NCBI RefSeq assembly: GCF_004010195.1
Contig: NC_057719.1
Span: 46,790,230 to 46,854,229 of the forward strand
Length of the DNA stretch: 64,000 nt
Origin: Chiloscyllium plagiosum
Lineage: Eukaryota
Direction: 5' to 3'
Both the position numbers and the translations under genes were made by a program. Under the pieces are notes generated by a model. It had not been told where the DNA came from, did no database searches, and saw only the letters and a program-made list of their open reading frames with translations. Shown here in pieces: positions 39,130-52,735 of this stretch. Position 1 is the stretch's first letter; each line of letters opens with the position of its first letter.

Positions 39130-41120
39130 CAAAGTACATGTATGGAATGAGCTGCCAGAGGAAGTGGTGGAGGCTGGTACCATTACAACATTTAAAAGGC
39201 ATCTGGATGGGTATATGGATAACAAGGATTTAGAGAGATATGGGCCAAATGCTGGCAAATGGGACTAGATTAGTTTAGGATATCTGGTCAGCATGGACGA
39301 GTTGAACCGAAGGGTCTGTTTCCATGCTGTACATCTCTATGACTGTATGACTCTAATGACCAATGATCAGTCTATTTACAGCACACAACTATAACTTTAA
39401 TGCCTTTATAGCTATAACCTCAGTGGTGGGCAAGTTGTTGGATGGAAGCCTGAGGGACAGGATGTACATGTATTTGGAAAGGCAAGGACTAATTAGGGAT
39501 AGTCAACATGGCCTTGTGCATGGGAAATCATGTCTCACAAACTTGATTGAGTTTTTTGAAGAAGTAACAAAGAGGAATGATGAGGGTAGAGCAGTAGGTG
39601 TGATCTATATGGACTTCAATAAGGCATTCGACAAGGTTCCCCATGGGAGACTGATTAGTAAGGTTAGGTCTCATGCAATACAGGGAGAACTAGCCTCTGG
39701 ATTAGTGGGGCTGGAAAAGCACAGCAGTTCAGGCAGCATCCGAGGAGCAATAAAATCAACGTTTCGGGCAAAAGCCCTTCATCAGGAATAGAGGCAGAGT
39801 GCCTGAAGGGTGGAGAGATAGCTTTTACCTAGGGAGAACTAGCCATTTAGATACAGAACTGGCTCAAAGGTAGAAGAGAGAGGGTAGTGGTGGAGGATTG
39901 TTTTTCAGACTGGAGGCCTGTGGGCAGTGGAGTGCCACAAGGATCGGTGCTGGGTCCTCCACTTTTTGTCATTTATATAAATGATTTGAATGTGAGCATA
40001 AGAGGTATAGTTAATGAGTTTGCAGATGACACCAAAATTGGAGGTGTCGTGGACAGCAAAGAGAGTTACCTCAGATTACAACAGGATCTTGACCAGATGG
40101 GCCAATGGGCTGAGAACTGGCAGATGGAGTTTAATTCAGATAAATGCGAGGTGCTGCATTTTGGGAAAGCAAATCTTAGCAGGACGTATACACTTAATGG
40201 TAAGGTCCTAGGGAGAGTTGCTAAACAAAGGGTCCTTAGAGTGCAGGTTCATAGCTCCTTGAAAGTAGAGTCTCAGGTAGATAGGATAGTGAAGAAGGTG
40301 TTTGGTATGCTTTCCTTTATTGGTACAGGACATTGGTTAGGCCACTGTTGGAATATTGTGTGCAATTCTGGTCTCCTTCCTATCGGAAAGATGTTGTGAA
40401 ACTCGAAAGGGTTCAGGAAAGATTTACAAGGATGTTGCCAGGGTTAGAGCATTTGAGCTATAGGGAGAGGCTGAACTCTGGACCGAAGGGTCTGTTTCCT
40501 TGCTGTACATCTCTATGACTCTATGACTCTAAATGTACAGATTCTTGCAGAGATATTATAATTAGTGTAGTATTGCAATATGACATACAGTTCTGGTCAC
40601 CACACTACCAGAAGAATGTGAAAGTGTTGGAGAGGGTACAGAGAAGGTTTACCAGGATGTTGCCTGGTATGGGGGATAATAGCTATGAAGAAAGGTTGGA
40701 TAGACTGGGTTTGTTTTCACTGGAATGCAGGAGGTTGAGTGGAGACCTGATAACATTCTGTAAGATTGTGAATAGCATAGATAGAGTGCAAAGTATGAGG
40801 CTTTTTCGAAGGGTGGAGGGATCAATTACTAGGGTACACAAGTTCAGGGTGTGAGGGGAGATCTTTAAAAGAGATGTGGGAGGCAAACCTTTCATACAAA
40901 CGGTGGCGAGTGCCTGGAATGCGCTGCCAAAGGAAGTGGAGAAGCAGACACAATAGCAGCATTCAAGAAGCACCTGAATGAATACATGAATAGGAATGGA
41001 ATAGAGAGATACTGATCCTGTAAGTGAAGACAGTTTTAGTATGGAAGGGCAAAATGTGTCAGCACAGGCTTGGAGGGCCAAAGGCCTACTACTGTGCTGT
41101 ATTGTTTATGTTCGTTATTC
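39130..41120 (+). mobile_element. Three head-to-tail CR1 pieces (39130-39350, 39410-40530, 40575-41120)
   Basis: KSCLTNLIEFFE...YMDFNKAFDKVPH, GVPQGSVLGP...FADDTK; three separate 3' tails. Confidence 0.95.
39696..39830 (-). mobile_element. Penelope-like pLTR fragment with intact-looking hammerhead core, nested in CR1 RT
   Basis: 14-bp TSD agggagaactagcc (39682-39695 / 39831-39844); minus strand ctgatga-a-gggc-tttt-gccc-gaaacgtt at 39758-39785. Confidence 0.88.
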
Positions 41121-42739
41121 TTTGTTCATTGCAGTATACAGTGTTTTTTAAACTCGGTAAACCTTTGGAATGAAAAACATTTTCTTGTTATCTTCCTTTT
41201 TAAATTGAGATCACAATTTTTTTTCTTCATCTTACAACTCCAATAATTCAACTGTGGTTCCCCTTCCATTTTCACAGCCAATTCCAGTGGCTCTGCCCCC
41301 ATTTAATATAGTCAATCCCTGGGTCATCTATTAATACAGAAAGGGCTGGAAGCTTTTCCCTGTTAAACAGTCAACCTCTGAGATTCCTGGCTCTTTAATA
41401 CAGCTAATCCCCAAGATATCTACCCCATTAAGCAAATAGGGAAAGAAATGTGTGAGTAGCATAATCCACTAAAAGACAAGTCCAAGATTTGTTGCTGTTG
41501 GTAACTTGCGATGTCTGGAAACTGTTGGGTTTGGTGATTGAAACTTTTGCAAGTGGTCCTGTAATACAAGAAAATAATCCAAGGTCCAGAATTTAAGTTA
41601 ACTGGCAGATCTCTCCCACTCTGGGCTCCTGGGAAACAAAGCAAAGGAACACGACAAGTTTGCTCCACACTAACATAATTTTATTTGGACATGAAGACTA
41701 TCATGCTTTATATATTAAAGCAATGAACGTGGAATGGAAACCATGCGTCTTAGAGTCCAGATAGTTGATCCACTATTAATCAGTTAATAGATGAATAGAA
41801 AAAAAAAGCACAGAGTCCCTGAGTTCAAACCAATGGCAGAAGTCAATTTGAAAGTAACATTCAAAAAAAGATTCAGTAAAACTCTTGAAGGAAAACAATT
41901 TTGCAGGGCCACTGGGGAAGATCAGCATGAGTTGAATTAATTGACTAGATTTTTCAAAGTCAAGGCACAGGCACAATGGACCTGAATGCCCCTCCACCCA
42001 CACCCCACTATGCCAAATCATTCTAGGACATAAAGAGACCACAAATTTATTTACATATAAGGCAAACACCTATAGAATGAATGTCTTTTTGATATATATT
42101 TTACGAAGATAACCAGAAAGGTGTCTAAATTTTAAACTCACTTCAGTGTGACAGCATGTAGCATACCTCTGAGAGTTGCATTTTGTAAAGTTCTGCAATG
42201 ATCAACATGATTTTTAATCTTTGATGTTTGTGTTTCTGCAATTTAGAGTGTGGCAGAGGATATCTTGACAAAAGTAATTCTTTTTGTCCAGGAAGTGGCA
42301 ATGTACCACTGGGAGGACAAAGCCCATTATATTTGACCATTTCAGATAGGCCACTACACTTATTAACTGATAAAGCTCAAAGACATAAACAGCCTGATGG
42401 CCTATTCTGGACAAGTATGAACATGATAGCATTGATATGCCTGAATGCTGAGGTCTACGAATGGCTCACTTCCTTTCTGCAGAACACTTACTAACCCAGT
42501 CATCAGGGTAGTGAAAGGTTGATATTTTATTTGTTCATAATTGATTTTCTAATTTTTTGATGGCACTTCCAGGGTTTGGATAATGGTTACTCTTAAATTG
42601 CTTTCTTACCTTATCGTCATGCGATAATTTTCCTTGGCTTTGCAATTCTTTTTGCAATGTTTACTCCTACTCAGTAATGACTTCCAGTTTGCAATATTAC
42701 TTTAATTGCCAAGTTAAGCCAATTTTCTCTTCTCATGTA

Positions 42740-43330
42740 ACACTCTGGCGTCTGAAGTGTCCCAAGGATCTAGGTATTGACTCCTTTGATTTCTCATGCC
42801 ACCCTGCAAGAAATGCATGTCAGATTCCACATTTATTCTGATGGTACCCAGTTCCAATACAACACCTTCTCTCTAAACACTTCAAACTTAGCATAACTGT
42901 CCAGCATCTAATACCGAAGGAGCAATACATTCATTCTATTAAATATTAAGAAGATTGAATTCACAGTCTTCGGTTTCTGCCACAAATTTTGGTTCCCTAG
43001 CTACCAACACTATCTTCCATCAGAATCTAAGATTAAATCAGACCATTTGCAACCTTGCAGCCTTAACCCTGAGCTGAGTTTCTGATCCCATATTCTCTCA
43101 ATTACCAAAAATGCCTACCATTGCCTTATTTCCAGTTATAATCTGAACAGCTGCTAAAACCTTCATCCATGCATTGGTTACCTCTAGCTTGGACTTTTCA
43201 GTGTTCCCTTGGCCAGCTTCCAAACATTCCCCCTTCAGACTTGCTATTTGAATTCTAAATTCTCATGACGTGCCATTCAAATTGTCCTTATTATCTACAT
43301 TGGCCCTCAGTCTGGAGGCATCTCACGTTT
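42740..43330 (+). mobile_element. Ancient L2-type LINE RT fragment
   Basis: gtgtcccaaggatct (VPQGS-like) and ttccacatttattctgatggtacccag (FHIYSDGTQ, cf. YADDTQ). Confidence 0.6.
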
Positions 43331-43656
43331 TAAGTTGTTATAACCAGGAGAAGAGGGGCGTCTTGGCTCCCCTCTTCGTATCCCCTTCAGCTCATCTCAA
43401 CAATTACTTCTAATTCTTTACAGCATGCAGCTAATTCAGGCTTCAATTCAAACAAGAGGATGAACTTTCTACTCCTTGGTGTGGTATCAGGAACAACAAG
43501 AAAGTACAAAGAATGATAAAGTTATTCTGATTGTTCCCCGCAAACTGCACATGGTGATTTCACAATCTCATAATTTTTTTATGGATAGTGACTACTTTAT
43601 TTCCATGTATTTGCAGCTCATTAAAACCCCAATTTGCCTTATTTTACACCACTTGA

Positions 43657-43934
43657 AATATGGTCTTTAGTTGCTTGTTGCAGTAACGGCTTTACTATTT
43701 GAAATCTTCTCATGCAATTCTTTTGTATTGACCATCGGAAATTTGTATTAACATTTATAAAGTCTCTACAGAGATCATACCAGTCAATGGCAGGTGGGCG
43801 AGACAGGATGAAACAGAACTTCAGTTATCTTTTTATCTAGTTACATAATGCACTTCGTTTTTCTAATTTATCCTTTATTACTACAGTCCCAAAACATAAC
43901 CATCTTAAAAAGCCATGTACTTGGATCACTTATA
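43657..43934. repeat. ~280-bp direct repeat, copy 1
   Basis: aatatggtctttagttgcttgtt...aaaagccatgtacttggatcacttata aligns to 44989-45267 with scattered substitutions and small indels. Confidence 0.95.
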
Positions 43935-44988
43935 TACCTCTCCCTCCCTGAGAAACTTGGCAAATTGCTGACATGTGAATCGGAGTGAGTAGCTGGCAGC
44001 TATGGTTTTTCTCAGTGCTTGCCCTAGCTATCACCCAACTGCTTCTTCACAACAGTGCCCCTGCATTTTCCATGGCCACCATCCTCCATGACCCTTCATC
44101 CACTCAGTTTGGCATCAGCAAACCACCAGCTTCACCACATCATTATATCTGCTCTTGGACCAACTCACACAATGCATCAGCATTCCAATACTGTATTTTG
44201 GAGTTCAGGGACAGCAGTGACATTTGCTAAAGATTTAATGGTGGCCCATGTTATTTTACTGAAGAGAAGGCGCACCTACAAACATTGGCAGAAGCATCTG
44301 TGCTAGTAGGGAATAGGCTGTTGATTTCCATAGTTTGGGGAAAATATTAAGAATGTCACGTTCGGAAATGGTTATGCTTTAACTATCTACCTAATTTCAA
44401 GGTAGAATATGCATCTAAAGGATAATTAATCAGTATTTTACCTGCATACACAGCCCATGTGATTCATGTTGTCATGGAGATAGCCTTGAGAAGGGAAGGG
44501 TACCTAGAAAACCAATTGTCAAATGGGATTACAAGGTTCTCCTTTTAAGGAATCCCTGAAATTCACAGAGGCACATATGACAATAAATTTAAATCTAGAG
44601 AGGTCAGCCTTCCAGAATCTGAGGGAAAGAAGGAGACAAGAGAAGACAGCAACTAGAAACAGCAAATCTCAAAAATTCACAATGCATTGAAGTGAGGCTC
44701 AGATTGATGAGCTTAAATTCAAAATGATTTTTCTCGTTTAAGTTGAAAGGAGAATCTCCATTGTATCACTCACCATTAATGATAGTTCTGGTATCGAATG
44801 TCACCAGGCTGGGAGAGAGTGAAGTAGATCCTTGGGTGCGAAGAATCCCTTTGGGTGGGTTCCAGGAGAATACTGTTTGCTAAAGAAAGTGTAAAGTGCA
44901 CCAGGGTGTAGAATTGTTGGTTGAGGTAAAAGTTGAAAGGGAAAGCTCTTCTCTTTAAAACATAAATTGCCTAGAAGATAATCTTGTC

Positions 44989-45267
44989 AATATGGTCTTT
45001 AGTTGCTTGTTACAGTAACAGCTTTACTATTTGAAATCTCTCATGCAATTCTTTTGTATTGACCATCGGAAATTTGTATTTACTTTTATAAATTAATAGT
45101 CTCTGCAGAGATCATACCAGTCAATGGCAGGTGGGGGGAGACAGGGTGAAACAGAACTTCTCTTTTTATGTAGTCACATAATGCACTTCAGTTTTCTAAT
45201 TTATCCTTTATAACTACAGTCCCAAAACATAACCACCTTAAAAAGCCATGTACTTGGATTACTTATA
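44989..45267. repeat. ~280-bp direct repeat, copy 2
   Basis: Aligns to 43657-43934. Confidence 0.95.
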
Positions 45268-47289
45268 CAATTCAACACAAATTAGCAATATAGTAACATC
45301 TCCTGTGCTGACATTTATATGTGATGTGACTCCAGAATTGAGGTCAGTGTGACTTTGATGGACAAAGCACATACTTGTGACACTCACACAGCATTTCTGC
45401 TGAACGAGAGCCTTATCATGTATATTTTCAATAGCATTCAGTTAGAAGATTGGTACAATTGAGGTACTTTGGATCTGTTTGACTCATATGTTTTCTGTCT
45501 TCAAAGGGCACCCTTTCATTTTGTCCTTATTAAGCTGACAGATCATCAATGAAACTTTTACACTGTAATAATGAATTTCCCTTTGCGGTATTCACTGCTG
45601 TGAGTACTATGAATTATCTGAGAGCACTAATGCAAGGTTTCTCCTGGTGTTGAGAACTCATATTTTGGTTCCATTCCATACTTTGACATGTAAATGCATG
45701 CACACAAGTATATAACTGCTTAATAAAATTTCACAAAGCTGTTTTTTAGAGTCCTTAATAAAGGTTTTTGTGCATTAATTCTTGTCACATTGTAGAGTGG
45801 GAGCTAAAATACAAATGGACAAAATGATTTTGGTTCATTTAATCAGGTTTCATTTCTTCCATTCTTCTTTGACATAGCAGTTGAAAAGCAAAACCGAAAG
45901 TCAATGTCCAAATTCCACATCCACTCTATGCCTCTAAGGAAGCAGAAGCTTATCATCTCCGGAAGGATCTATTATGTCCCATAGTTTGGATAGATTCTGC
46001 ACTTTTTGTTTATGTATTAAGAGGTCACAGCACCAATATAGATTACTGATGCAGTTCCAGTGACTTATATTTTCATGACCCTTTTTAAATACCTCAGCAT
46101 CAAATGTCAGACCGCAATTTGTCACAAATAGGCATTTGCTGTATTGTGTAGCAATTTAAGTCAAGTTAATTGCAGATGTACCACCTTGAGTGGTGCAAAT
46201 GGTGTTGTGGTTTCATTTTTGCTTGAACTTCATTTCAAACTTTGCTCCAATTTGAGATTTTAATTCTTTTCCAGGTTTTTCACAAGAAAACATTTTAGCC
46301 AAATCACTATTATCATGTCGCTCCAACACTTTGACAGAGTTCCATCCCTGTATGTGATGTGTCAGGGTCAGAAATGCTTTGTGAATTGGCCTCTGAATGA
46401 TTCTTCAGTGGTGAGTATTGCCATGATGCGTGTGGGGCTTGCTGACATCAGTAATCAATAGTACCTATTTCTCTCGAAGACTTCAAGTCATCAGCATGAA
46501 TTTCTCGTCATTGGCACCATTTACAAACAGTGTTGGTCACTGCTGTTCACTGGGTTGTGGTGAGTAGCAATCAGTAATGCCATGCTGTGTGGGTTCTTTC
46601 AAGCTTGAAGTGGTTGAGTGTGAATGAGGATATCATGCTTTCTGGTCCAACAGACTTGTTGAGTCAGTGAAATGAAGTTTATTGCATTACTGAAATTGTG
46701 TATTACAAGAGATTGTTAGGACCACACTAGCCCTAGGTCTCTTTTGTATAAGCGTTTTCTTTACTCTAACCAGGACCCCATTCTTTCAACATCGTGGGTG
46801 GTGCTTCCTAAACTCAGTCAAGTAGGAACTCCTTCACACTGAAAGGCACTAAGTGCAAATGAAATATACATCTAATGTTGTCTGATGCTGTTCATACCAG
46901 TGACCAAATATGTTCCACGCTTTTTATCATGGGTCAACACTTTGTTGTAAATGACAGGGATGCAGTACAAGTACAATTTGAAAATCATAATCCCAGAGAT
47001 TGTCTCAGGATGTCAAGATCACTCGGACTGTTTGAAATGTTCAAAGTGCTGGCTGTGGAACAGCTGGATTAACCCTGGTGTCCTGCAGCTCGCTTCCCAG
47101 GGATTTGAGCTTCTTAAGGAACCTGCTAAAGAGCTGAAACATTCTGGAATGCAATGTTTCAAGTTAATTTCTGGTGTACAGCTGTCAGATTCACTACAGA
47201 GAGCCACAAAATGTTTTTCAAATGATGGGGAAAGTTATGGGGCCCTCGAGTAATCTGCACTGCAACATGCCTTTCTTTGGTTCAATTGC

Positions 47290-47540
47290 TTCATTCTGTG
47301 GAATTCTCTGCCCCAGAGTGTGATGGAAAATGAGCCATTGAGTAAGCTTAAGGAGGAGATAGACAGGTTTTTAAATAGGAATGTGTTGAATGGTTATAGA
47401 AAGCGGAGGTGAGGCCATCTGCAGTCCTCACTTTCTCCTCCATGATGAGATCAGCCATGATCATATCAAATGGCAGAGCTGACTTGAGGGACTGAATTGC
47501 CGACTCCTTCTGCTAGGGTTCTGATGTTCTTATGTTCCCT
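47290..47540 (+). mobile_element. CR1 3' tail containing a 21-bp pLTR micro-insert
   Basis: tggaattctctgccccagag...tcagccatgatcatat; insert 47419-47439 between two ccat. Confidence 0.8.
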
Positions 47541-47984
47541 AGCATTTGACTTGTTGCCGCTCTGTGGATTCTGTCTTTAACAAAGGCTGGCACAGACCCT
47601 ATTGTGTCCAACCAGCAATCAGGCTGCTGCCACTGAATGGAGGGGGCTTCCAGTCAACAGAACAGGGGGCCAGTGCTTACTCTGCTATTCTTTAACATTC
47701 TGCACCACTCCAATATCTGAAACTACATAGTTGCCAGCTCACTCTACAGAAGTGCACCCCCTTCAGAATGGAAGAATGTCACCTTCAGCCTCCTCTCATA
47801 TTTGAGTTTTTTTTTATTTCAGTTGGTGCCTTCATCTTGAAGAATCCTCTCATTCACCTCCATCCATCAGCAGTTCCGACCTCTGTCAGTGGAGCTGTGG
47901 ATATTTCAATGCTAGCCAGTACACCAGGGTTAACTCAGCTTCACATCAAACTAGCATCATGACAGGTGCTCAGTCTGGCTGAAG

Positions 47985-48405
47985 ATAGATAGATAGTGCC
48001 TCCAGGATTGCAATACCGCACACCCTCAGCAATTTAGATCTCTAGAGATCAATCTAGATTTTTGTGCTTAAATCTCTGAAATTGGCCTTGAGGTACAACC
48101 TTCGGACTCAGAGTGAGAGTGCACAAACTAAAATGCCTCCTCAAGTGGATGGAAAGGATCCCACAGTACACCTTTGAGCAAGAACACAGAGTTATCTCTG
48201 GTGTCCTGATTGATAGTTATCCTCTAATCAACGTCACACATAATAAATCCCCAATTGCTGTTTGTGGATGCTGGTTGTGTGCAAATTGGCTGCTGCATTT
48301 CCTATATTACAGTAGGCAGTATGCTTCAAAGACTATTTCATTGCCTGTGAAACAATGTGGGACATTTGGTAGTAATGAAAAGTGCTATATGAATGCAAGC
48401 TTTTT
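47985..48405. mobile_element. Deu-domain SINE (SacSINE1/AmnSINE1-like), 5' part inverted
   Basis: Plus-strand ttgctgtttgtgg...gtgcaaattggctgc...tgaaaagtgctatatgaatgcaag tail; 47985-48125 resembles the head in reverse orientation. Confidence 0.65.
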
Positions 48406-51004
48406 GTTAAATCAGAGTCTATTAGTCCTAAGTAATGGCTGTAGGCATGGTTTATTTAATGTTAGACAAAGCTTTCAGGGTAAACCCTTCTTTGGTGGAA
48501 ACATCCCGTATACAGTTACCAGACACTCCCAGATAATTCAGAGAATTCCTAAAGGTCATGTGTGAAGTAACAACAGTAGACAGCAGGATTTTCAAACAGT
48601 CTGAAAAGAGACCTAAGTCGTACTTTTTAAAAGAACACCAGCAGCTACTTGGCAGCTTGATATTATGAGGTAACCTTATGACTTAGCAATCCCACCGGGC
48701 AACTGTGCTTGACAGAAATGCAAATTGGAAATTTGGTTGTATGCTGTATACAATTTTCCAATCGTCAAACGATAATATTTAGCATATAAATGTACCAGAC
48801 TTGTCAGCATACACCCCCTGTCAGAAACTGTACACTGACAAGCCTTTGCAACAAACAAAAATGATCTTATACTTTTTTTCATGGTGAATGGCCAATAGAG
48901 GTTTGTTTGGGTAGATTAAGTATTGTATATCACTTTCTATGCACTCAAAAGGTGAAATGTTTCCGGCTGTGATATGCTCCACCTAGCAACCCTGACAAAA
49001 CATGGTGCGTGCATTAGAATCTCTCAATTCTGAGACTTCAACTCGTGAACATCTGGTTGTAAAGCCAGTACTGTTACTATTGGGATACCATAAAGAGAGA
49101 TCAAGAATCATATAAACTGTGGATCAAATTTCCTGTTTCCACATTCTTGTCCGAGTTTCACATTAGAGCTAAGAGCATAGGTCATGGAAATGAAGATATC
49201 TGGCTTGTAGCATGCACTTGGTTTGTGTCATAACAGCACCCATTAAATGTCAAACTTTTTTTTTAAATTAATGCACCTCGGCCAGTCACAGATAAACTAA
49301 AGTCAATATGCACACACACCTAAACCATTTCATATCCAACCCAGATGTGATGTAGACTGTCATTAACCTATTGGGTTTTAGTTGTGATGTAATCCTTTAG
49401 TCCTTTCACACCCAATTTCCAACATTTCTCTTAGTTGACTTCCCCTATAACATAGATGTCTCTTTTTCAGTTTTTACTTTTCTGTAAAATTTTATTTTAG
49501 TTTGTCGCTATCTTTTTTTATTTATTACTAAAGTCTGTTTAATGTCAAAATCCATATTATAAACGTGTCTGTTGAATTGCATATATGAGTAATATACTTC
49601 CAGAATTGAGCTTGCAAGTTCTTTTTTGTTCATGCAGTATTTGAAAATGCTGTTCTTTTCTTTAAATAACCAAAGGTGGATTAGCACACTGCTTGATGTT
49701 TAAATAAACCTACTTTTTTTTTAAATTCAGAATCATCTTACCACACTTATCCCTAGAGGGCTCCACTGGACTTGTGGAACACCAGGTTGATAAAACAAAT
49801 ACCTGGTCCTTGCAGTTCAGAGCTTGTTCCTTCAATATTTGGATCATAGGAACTCAACATCTTCAGCTTTAAAATAGTTGGCTATCTAATGATAAAACTT
49901 ACATTCTAATAAAAGTGTTTTAACCATCAAAATGTATTGGTATTATCAATAAAGATCAGCAAAACAGACTGAATTATTATCAAAATGTGTGAAACTCATG
50001 TACATCCCTTTGTCAACATTCTGTAAATTATGGTTTATAAGTCAATCTGGTGTTTAAAATGATACAATTTTTGTCATGCCAAAAATCATATTCTTGCATA
50101 TACTTGGGATATATAAATTGACCTTCCTTTTCAGCCATGGTACACTATACTTGCATTAGTAATCAACCTCAATTTCTCACCCACAAATGCATGTTTACTT
50201 ACCAGTACCTTATAATTGGGCACAAAGGATCAAGCAAGTGATACAAGCAGTGTTGCAAAGGTGAGAGAGAGGTTATGACATGCCCAATGTTTGCATTGGA
50301 TGTTGATGATATCTCAAAATGGCAGCCACCCACACCCACATTGACAGCGAACATTTATACTTGACATATAAGTTGAGCTGTATGTTTGCAGGGTTTTTCT
50401 GTAGCTTCAGAAGTTGACTTACATGCTGAAAGCTACAGTAGCAGCTCATGTTTTCATACTGCAAAGTCTTTTTTTATTACATTACACTTCCATAAAAAGA
50501 CTCCAAAAACTTGAGACAGATTGGTGTTTTTGGAAACGGAAAAGGTTTTCTGAAGAAAGCTAATTACAATTGCATTGTGGAACTGAGAATGACTACTTAA
50601 GGGAATTTTTTTACATATCAGAAATCACTAATTAAACACCATAAGGTCTTCATAGAATCACAGAATTGTTACAGTGCCAAAGAAGGCAGTTCAGCCCATC
50701 ATGTCTGCACTCGCTATCTTAACCTCGTGCCAATCTCCTGTTGCCCCATAAATGCTGCATATTATTTTGTTGGCCTCAGTTAAATCTTTCATCATTTTGC
50801 TCCTAGCATGTGAATTTTAAAAACCCATCCTTTGGAAGTTAGACAAGTTTAGATTAAACAAGGTGAGAGATGTAATTGAATTGAGATGCGCCACCTTGAA
50901 GGACAAGCAAGCTACTCACTCGTCTGTATAATTCTCAAGTTTTTCAAAAGCAGGGAGCAATCTAGATTTCACTGCATAGAAAAGAGAGAACTAGAATTTA
51001 TAGA

Positions 51005-51450
51005 TATAGAGTCACAGAGACGTAGAGCACAGAAACAGACCCTTCCGTCCAACTCATCCATGCTGTCCAGAGACCATAAATTAAACTAGTCCCATTTGCC
51101 AGCATTTGGCCTTTGTCCCTCTAAATCCTTGCTATTCATATACCCATCCACATGCCTTTTAAATTTTGTAATGGTACCAGCATCCACCACTTTCTCTGGC
51201 AGCTTGTTCCAAACATGCACTGCCCTCTACATGAAAAAGTTGCCCCTTAGTTCCCTTTTAAACTTTCCCCTCTTACCTTAAACCTATGCCCTCTAGTTTT
51301 TGACCCCCCCTATCCTGGGGAAAAGACCTTGGCTGTTCACTCGATCAATGCCGCTCATAATTTTATAAACTTGTATAAGGACATCCCACAGCCTCCGACA
51401 CTCCAGAGAAAATAGTCCCAGTCTATTTTCCCTGTAGTTCAAACTCAACA
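51005..51450 (-). mobile_element. CR1 3' end
   Basis: gaaacagacccttccgtccaactcatccatgc...cagcctccgacactccag. Confidence 0.9.
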
Positions 51451-51853
51451 ACCCTCATATCATTAAACACCTTCATATGTAATGATAAAACAGAGTGTTG
51501 AGTATTTATCATTAGTCTCCAATAAGACAGGGGTCTTCACCAATTTCTGACAGGTCCACAGTTAGCTATTATCAACATTTGGATTTGGAATAAATCATGT
51601 TCTCTGTTATAGTTATTATTTTTAAGAGAAATGGAATCAGGTCAAATTTTGAAATGTAAGTAGTAAAGTTAATTAGAGCTAAAAATCAAAATTAAAATGT
51701 AGCAGTCCCATGACTCAAATCACACATATTGTACATTTAACCACATTAATTTACTCAGATTCCATCAATAATAAATAACAATCTACAATTTCCTTGCCCA
51801 GTCTTGCTGCCTCATCCACTTAATCCTCAAACTAACACTGTAGATATTGAAAT

Positions 51854-52735
51854 AAAAGAACACTGCAAATGCTGGAAATCTAAGATAAAAACAGCAAGTG
51901 GCATATATACTCAGCAAGTCAGGCATCATGTGTGGACAGAGGATGGAGTTAACACAGCAGATGTGATTTTCCATTTTGTAGTCTCAGTGTGGGGCTGAGC
52001 ATGTTCAGTTGTACCTGACATACACTGAGAAATCCCAGGGGATCATGAGCCAATCAGTGGGCATTATAGCTGACCAGAGGCCCTCAAGGCCTATCACGGG
52101 ATCTGCCAGTGGAGTCCCACATGAGCAGAAGCACTCAAACTACAGCTTCAGGTTCCCAGTGACTGTCAGAAGGCCAAGTCTTTAGGGGATCCAATGGCAA
52201 GAAGGTAAATGGTTTCCTTTTGCTTCTCACAGGGTGGAGGTCATGGTGAAAGGGGTCAGGGGGCTCAGAGATCAAGGCAAAGGACTGGCTTTCTGAGGCC
52301 AGCTATGCTTCTGATTGCTCTCACGTAACAGTAAATGTAGCCCCCACCCTACCCACAACCCACTGGGAGATTTCCCTGGTTTCCCAGACAGAAAACCAAG
52401 CACTTTTCTTGGCTGTAGGCAAGACAAGTTACGTGGGAAGTAGTGATCTGAGGCCTTCAAGCAGCTGTTAATTGAACAATTAAGGGCCTTAATTGCTGGT
52501 GAGTCAAGAAAGTCCCAAATGGACCTTCTGAGGAGGTGGCTAGAGGAGTGAGGATGGGGCATCACCTCCAGGGCTACATTGCACAGTTTCCCCTTCTTGT
52601 CACTCTTCCAGGGAGGACAAAATTCCACCCATAGTTCTGAAGAAGAATTATAATAGACTCAAAATATTTAGTGTTTCTTTTTCCAAAGATGCTGCCAGAC
52701 TATGCCGAGTATTTCCAACGCTTTCTGTTTTTATT
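51854..52735. mobile_element. Old inverted pLTR pair with nested Harbinger-like non-autonomous fragment (~51975-52630)
   Basis: TSD actgtagatatt (51837-51848 / 52736-52747); arms in opposite orientation; inner piece ends aaaattccaccc. Confidence 0.55.

Noticed and set aside
43352..43377. Hairpin gaagagggg...cccctcttc as a terminator
   Set aside because: Eukaryotic context; a 9-bp stem is plausible by chance.
46275..46410. Plus-strand exon between ttccag and gtgagt
   Set aside because: One open frame but no recognisable protein and no partner exons.
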